From: Sedimentisphaeraceae bacterium JB056
GTDB taxonomy: Bacteria; Planctomycetota; Phycisphaerae; Sedimentisphaerales; Sedimentisphaeraceae
NCBI GenBank assembly: GCA_044440125.1
Contig: JBITAJ010000004.1
Location: forward strand, 192,001 to 256,000
DNA: 64,000 nucleotides
Direction of reading: 5' to 3'
Shown here: positions 59,451 to 64,000 of the stretch, one piece after another
Position numbering within the stretch: position 1 is the first letter of the stretch
Layout of the letters: each line of letters opens with the position of its first letter
Notes under the pieces: model-generated
Database searches by the model: none
What the model saw: only the letters and a program-made list of their open reading frames with translations
What the model was told of the DNA's origin: nothing
Position numbers and translations under genes: made by a program

Positions 59451-60140
59451 TTACTTCTTCCTGCGTTTCAAAAGTCCGCAAGCTCCAAAGGCAAATAATG
59501 CCAATGTTGCAGGTTCTGGAACTACTTCCGTTTGCCCTACTGTAATAGTAGTATTTACGGTATCCATTATTGCAACTTCATAAATAGTCACCTGAGCTTG
59601 ATTATAATCATACGGAGCAGCTTCTGTTTTAATAAAAGCCGACATCTTCATCCAGCCATAGTAATAATCTCCATTGCCGGCACTTATCCTGAAACCAAGA
59701 TATTTCGTACCAGTTGAACTATAAGTATCACCAGGATTCGTTTCATCGAATTTACGGAGAATATCTCCACCATCATAATTACGGCCGCTGCCTACAGAAG
59801 CGCCTTCACTAAGATAATTCATGCAAACGCCGCCCTCTGCCGAAGAACTCGCAACTACAGACTCTTCAATGTTATTAGCTCCAATTAAAGCTCTTTTCTC
59901 ACGATATCTGTTAGCAAGCAAATAAACGTTGTTGCCGGCAGGATTGAATTCTGTGACATTTCCACTTGAGCTAATATAGAGAAATGCATCATCCGAACCA
60001 GCTAAGTTGCTCAGACCTGTATCTGCAATTTTTGGATCCGATGAATAATCATTGTGATATATTGACACCGCTTCCGCAAATCCAGCAATACTCAGCAGAA
60101 AAGTTAACAAAATCAGTTTAGAAACCGCCTTTTTAAACAT
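59451..60140 (-). CDS. PEP-CTERM protein
   Basis: Signal peptide and C-terminus 'VPEPATLALFAFGACGLLKRRKK'. Confidence 0.93.
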   Translation of the reverse strand: MFKKAVSKLILLTFLLSIAGFAEAVSIYHNDYSSDPKIADTGLSNLAGSDDAFLYISSSGNVTEFNPAGNNVYLLANRYREKRALIGANNIEESVVASSSAEGGVCMNYLSEGASVGSGRNYDGGDILRKFDETNPGDTYSSTGTKYLGFRISAGNGDYYYGWMKMSAFIKTEAAPYDYNQAQVTIYEVAIMDTVNTTITVGQTEVVPEPATLALFAFGACGLLKRRKK

Positions 60141-60315
60141 AGCACAACCCTTTCAATAAATCTACTTCTATTTTCCAATACACTATTGAAATACCAAACC
60201 AAAACTACACGCACCGACTTAAGATTCTAATGTACCAGGCAAAATATGTCAAGTTTAATTTAGCTATCCAAAATACTGAAAGGGTTTATGCCGTCTTAAA
60301 ACAAATCCCAGGTAA

Positions 60316-61833
60316 CTAAATACTGTCAAGCCAGTTCTCAGCCAGAGTCATGAAGTCGACAAGCTCAACGGTTCCATCAAGATTGGTATCACCTTTGTAG
60401 GCGGCTGCCTGCCACTGCAATATCGGGAAGAATTTGTCATCGATAACGAACCAGACATTATCGAAATCCCAATCAGGAAAAGTTGCCGCTTTTTTCATCG
60501 CATACGTATCTCTCTTGCTTATCGGATCAGTCGATGCATCCCCAACTCCGATATGACCGCATAACCATTTGTCAAAATAACAATAATCATAACTGGCTGA
60601 TAAGCCGGAACCTACAAAACTGCCCATGGTTTCGCCGGAGGAGGCGGTTGGTATATCTGAGGGAGACGGAAGAGTCAAGGAATCTGGATAATCACAAAGC
60701 CCCGCCGCATAACACTTGCTTATCGAAGTGGTCGCATCAACAACACCTGCAATCCCTCCGGCATGTGAGTATGCCAGCACAACACCCTGCCAATAGCAGT
60801 TTTCTATCGTCTGATAATCAGGACTTGCAGGGACTTGCGGATCGATATCAGCATCACAATAACCAACCAATCCGCCTGTGCCGTATCCCGAAGAATTCCC
60901 ATTTATACGGCCATAAACACTGGTTTTCGCTCCTGACTTTTTAACGGTTGACATATAAGCGTTTCCAATCAGACCACCTGTATCTCCAACGCCGTTTACA
61001 ATACCCTCAGCAAAGCACTTGCTTACCGATGTCTTACGAACTGAACCGGCAATACCACCGATTGTATATCCGCCAATCATATCCACCTGGCTTGTACAGT
61101 TTTGAATGGTGGATTGGTCTACAGACTCTCCGATCAGTCCACCGATAACTTCACCAACTTCAACATTTATCTCAAATTTAGCAACTGAGCTGCAATTTGT
61201 TAAAGTGGTTTCCTTTACAGAACCGCACAGTCCCCCAATATAGGAGCATTCAGCATAAGCTTTCCAGCATTTTATATTTGATTCTGCATGACAATTATCG
61301 ATAGTGCTGCCATAGGCTCTTCCAACCAAAGCACCAATCTGGCTGTATACTATCCCAAGGTTTGATGTTGAATAAGAAGACATTGTGAATGAAAAGTTCT
61401 CAATTGTCAGGTTTTTTATAGTTGCCTGCGAAGTCTTCCCAAACAAGCCTAAGTAAGACAGCCTATCGTTGGTGTCCTCATAAGCAGATCTATTGAACGC
61501 TAAATTACTGATAACATGACCGTTGCCGTCAAAAACTCCCGAAAATATGACACCCTGGAAATCATCGACCGCAACATCTGTATCAGGACAAACAACGGCT
61601 CCGCTATAAGCGGCTTGAGAAAAATCGATATCATTCATCAACTTAAAAACCTTGCCACACCAAATACCGCCATCGTTATCTATTGCTCTAAGTTCAGTAA
61701 TATTAGTGATTTGATAAGGATTTTCAAGCGTGCCCTGCCCCGGCCAATAAGGAAGTGGAGTTCCTCCACCCTCGACCAGAGCAAATGAAATACAGATTAC
61801 AAAAAGACCAATTAAACTGTTTCTTGTTGACAT
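60316..61833 (-). CDS. Secreted GLUG-repeat protein with dockerin-like C-terminus
   Basis: 'GQGTLENPYQI', 'FDGNGHVISNL', repeated 'IGGLxG', 'GDTNLDGTVELVDFMTLAENWL'. Confidence 0.82.
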   Translation of the reverse strand: MSTRNSLIGLFVICISFALVEGGGTPLPYWPGQGTLENPYQITNITELRAIDNDGGIWCGKVFKLMNDIDFSQAAYSGAVVCPDTDVAVDDFQGVIFSGVFDGNGHVISNLAFNRSAYEDTNDRLSYLGLFGKTSQATIKNLTIENFSFTMSSYSTSNLGIVYSQIGALVGRAYGSTIDNCHAESNIKCWKAYAECSYIGGLCGSVKETTLTNCSSVAKFEINVEVGEVIGGLIGESVDQSTIQNCTSQVDMIGGYTIGGIAGSVRKTSVSKCFAEGIVNGVGDTGGLIGNAYMSTVKKSGAKTSVYGRINGNSSGYGTGGLVGYCDADIDPQVPASPDYQTIENCYWQGVVLAYSHAGGIAGVVDATTSISKCYAAGLCDYPDSLTLPSPSDIPTASSGETMGSFVGSGLSASYDYCYFDKWLCGHIGVGDASTDPISKRDTYAMKKAATFPDWDFDNVWFVIDDKFFPILQWQAAAYKGDTNLDGTVELVDFMTLAENWLDSI

Positions 61834-62010
61834 GGTAAACCTCCCATAATGTGAAACATTAATACTTTACTCCAAAGCCCATTTTACCGCAGTCAACTCC
61901 CAATATCAAGGATTGTTTGGAAATTTCAGGCCATGCACAATTCGTTTTATGCCTAACTGCTATATATAAAAAACCGGCATATAACCTAAACTGAAAAGAT
62001 TACAGACTTA

Positions 62011-62880
62011 TCACAATCTTTCTGCAAGCAATTTTCTGGCGGCATTTATTTCATCTTCTTCAAGCTCAAAATCGCCCTGTCTCGTGCCAATTCCTAATTG
62101 CTCAAGTTTAGAATTGCCAAGTGAATGATAAGGAAGCAGTTCAATCCCCATGCAATTTTCAAGCCTATTGTATATCTTCGCAAGCGCACTGTAATGCTCA
62201 ATGTTGTCATTATCATTTTTAACAAGAATACATCGCAATACTGTTACCGCCCCTAAACTGTCAAGCAGCTCAAGATTTCTCATTATCACATCAAGTTCAA
62301 CACCTGTATTAGCCAAATGCCGGTTACTGTCGGTATCTTTAACATCATACAGCCATAGATCAACAAACTCAGCGGCTCTCTGCACATCCTCGCTTTTGGC
62401 AAAACCGCATGTTTCTAAACAAACAGTGATATTCGCTTCTCGGGCAGCCTTAGCAAGCTCTATTGTAAAATCGCTTTGTAATAAAGGCTCACCGCCTGAA
62501 ATAGTCAGCCCGCCGCATTCATCATAAAAGTCAGCATCTTTTAGCACTTCGGTCATTACATCTTGAACACTCATCTCCCTTCCGGAAAGTTTTATCGTAC
62601 CGGAATCGCATACATCCGCGCAGGAAAGACACTCCCCGCAATCTTCTCTTGCTGAACCGGATAATATGCTTCTTACATCTTCCTTGGGACATACTCGGTC
62701 GCAATTACCGCAGTCAATACACATATTGGGAGAAAACAATAGCTCCGCTGCCATTTTTTTTGATTCTGGATTGTGACACCATCGGCACTTTAACGGGCAT
62801 CCTTTTAGAAAGACTGTCGTTCTTATGCCAGGGCCGTCATGCGTGCAAAATCGCTGAATATCAAATACAATACCGTTCAT
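62011..62880 (-). CDS. Glycyl-radical enzyme activase (radical SAM with ferredoxin insert)
   Basis: 'HDGPGIRTTVFLKGCPLKCRWCHNPES', two CxxCxxCxxxC motifs, 'SGGEPL'. Confidence 0.95.
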   Translation of the reverse strand: MNGIVFDIQRFCTHDGPGIRTTVFLKGCPLKCRWCHNPESKKMAAELLFSPNMCIDCGNCDRVCPKEDVRSILSGSAREDCGECLSCADVCDSGTIKLSGREMSVQDVMTEVLKDADFYDECGGLTISGGEPLLQSDFTIELAKAAREANITVCLETCGFAKSEDVQRAAEFVDLWLYDVKDTDSNRHLANTGVELDVIMRNLELLDSLGAVTVLRCILVKNDNDNIEHYSALAKIYNRLENCMGIELLPYHSLGNSKLEQLGIGTRQGDFELEEDEINAARKLLAERL

Positions 62881-62903
62881 CTACTTATCTACCCAAGCAT
62901 CCA

Positions 62904-64000
62904 CTAAATTTTCTGCTGCGTTCTGTTGATAATCATATCCTGCCACTGCTTATTTAATGTCGCAAACCTTGCCGACCATCCGGCAATTCTGACAGGCAGA
63001 TTCTGATATTTTTCAGGATGTCTTTGCGCATCGATAAGCAAGGCAGTATCAACGACATCCATATGAAGATACCAACCGCCAAGCTTCTGGAAAGTTTTCA
63101 TAAGAGTCGCCATTGCCAGTTTGCCGTTATCACCTTTAACACTTGCAGGATGAAGTTTAAGCTCAAGCGTTGCACCACCGGGGCAGCGTGAGAAATCCAT
63201 CTTGCAGTATGATTTGATAACAGCAGTAGGCCCTTTCTTATCGCTGTCAGGTGTAGGCGAAAAATTCGTAGCAAGTACATCACCGGAATTATGCCCGGAG
63301 AACGTAGCTGACCGGCTGGTACTCCAGCTTATCTCGCGTCCGAAAGTACTGATACCCGCAGGCATAAATACACCATCAGCTTCTTTCTGAGATGCCACTA
63401 TTGATGTATAGTCGTTAAACACCTTAACCATCATCGCATCAGCCTTCTCATTATCATTACCGTAAGCATCTATCCTGTTAAGCACCAGCCTTCTGAGACT
63501 TTCCTGTCCCTGCCAGTTATTGTTTACAATATCACAGAATTCCGAAAGTCTAAGCGTTTTCTGCTCATAGACAAGCTCATTAAGCACTGTAAAACTGTTG
63601 GCAACATCAGCCATGCCGCCCATATGCGGAGAGTAAACAGAATATCTGGCACCGCGATTATTATAATCCCTGCCTCTCTCAATACAATCATCGACAAGTA
63701 TCGAAAGAAGCGGGCAAGGCTGCTTGTTATCTTTGTCAACCCACCTGTTTCGTGAGATATCAATGTGTTTCTGGTAAACATCTTTAAGCTCATCAGTAAA
63801 TTTAGCATATAACTGCTCAAAAGAAAGGTCATCATCAAGCTTTGTCTTTTGACTTTGCCCAAGAGCTTTCTGCATTACGTCAAGGATATCCATCGGGCGA
63901 TAAATAAAGGCTGTTTTACCGGGAATAAGAACTTCCCAACAACCATCATTTGTAAAACCACGAGCCTCTTTTATATCGTAGCCAAATTTAACCAATCCAT
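62904..64000 (-). CDS. Glycyl radical enzyme (PFL superfamily), 5' end outside window
   Basis: Cys loop 'NDGCWEV', 'YGNDNE', 'GPTAVIKS', Gly loop 'VRIAGWSARF'; adjacent activase gene. Confidence 0.92.
   Translation of the reverse strand, partial: GLVKFGYDIKEARGFTNDGCWEVLIPGKTAFIYRPMDILDVMQKALGQSQKTKLDDDLSFEQLYAKFTDELKDVYQKHIDISRNRWVDKDNKQPCPLLSILVDDCIERGRDYNNRGARYSVYSPHMGGMADVANSFTVLNELVYEQKTLRLSEFCDIVNNNWQGQESLRRLVLNRIDAYGNDNEKADAMMVKVFNDYTSIVASQKEADGVFMPAGISTFGREISWSTSRSATFSGHNSGDVLATNFSPTPDSDKKGPTAVIKSYCKMDFSRCPGGATLELKLHPASVKGDNGKLAMATLMKTFQKLGGWYLHMDVVDTALLIDAQRHPEKYQNLPVRIAGWSARFATLNKQWQDMIINRTQQKI

Noticed and set aside
62904..64000. Calling the glycyl radical enzyme pflB
   Set aside because: It lacks the Cys-Cys active site, and its activase has a ferredoxin insert unlike PflA.
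1..64000. tRNA, rRNA, integrase, transposase or prophage genes
   Set aside because: None was recognisable in the ORF track or intergenic regions.

Overview
A 64 kb bacterial chromosomal segment, probably from a Planctomycetota (Phycisphaerae/Sedimentisphaerales-like) genome. This is inferred from C-terminal dockerin-like 'DxNxDGxVDxxD..LA.NWL' domains, a prepilin/H-X9-DG protein and a PEP-CTERM protein. Core genes (polA, porin-pstSCAB-phoU, ychF, lipB/lipA, degT-type aminotransferase, opp/dpp permeases) alternate with accessory modules: (1) a stand-alone type V-A CRISPR-Cas locus, i.e. cas12a with intact catalytic motifs and a 16-repeat array but no cas1/cas2/cas4, bracketed by mosaic direct repeats; (2) an ABC-ATPase + TOPRIM gene pair with PARIS/OLD-like defence architecture; (3) two type II toxin-antitoxin modules, each with a visible insertion scar; (4) a sigma-54 activator / VIT-vWA GlyGly-CTERM protein / rhombosortase module with a readable -24/-12 promoter and candidate enhancer; (5) a nine-gene ArsR/Acr3/ArsC arsenic and thiol-redox operon; (6) an AT-rich AraC/prepilin/LamG cluster with three oligogalacturonate-lyase-like paralogues; (7) a glycyl radical enzyme with an unusual GCWE loop plus its activase. 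Intergenic DNA is rich in GTAG-type REPs and 7-bp periodic repeats, and repeat blocks recur at the borders of accessory genes. All calls come from reading motifs by eye; no database search was run.
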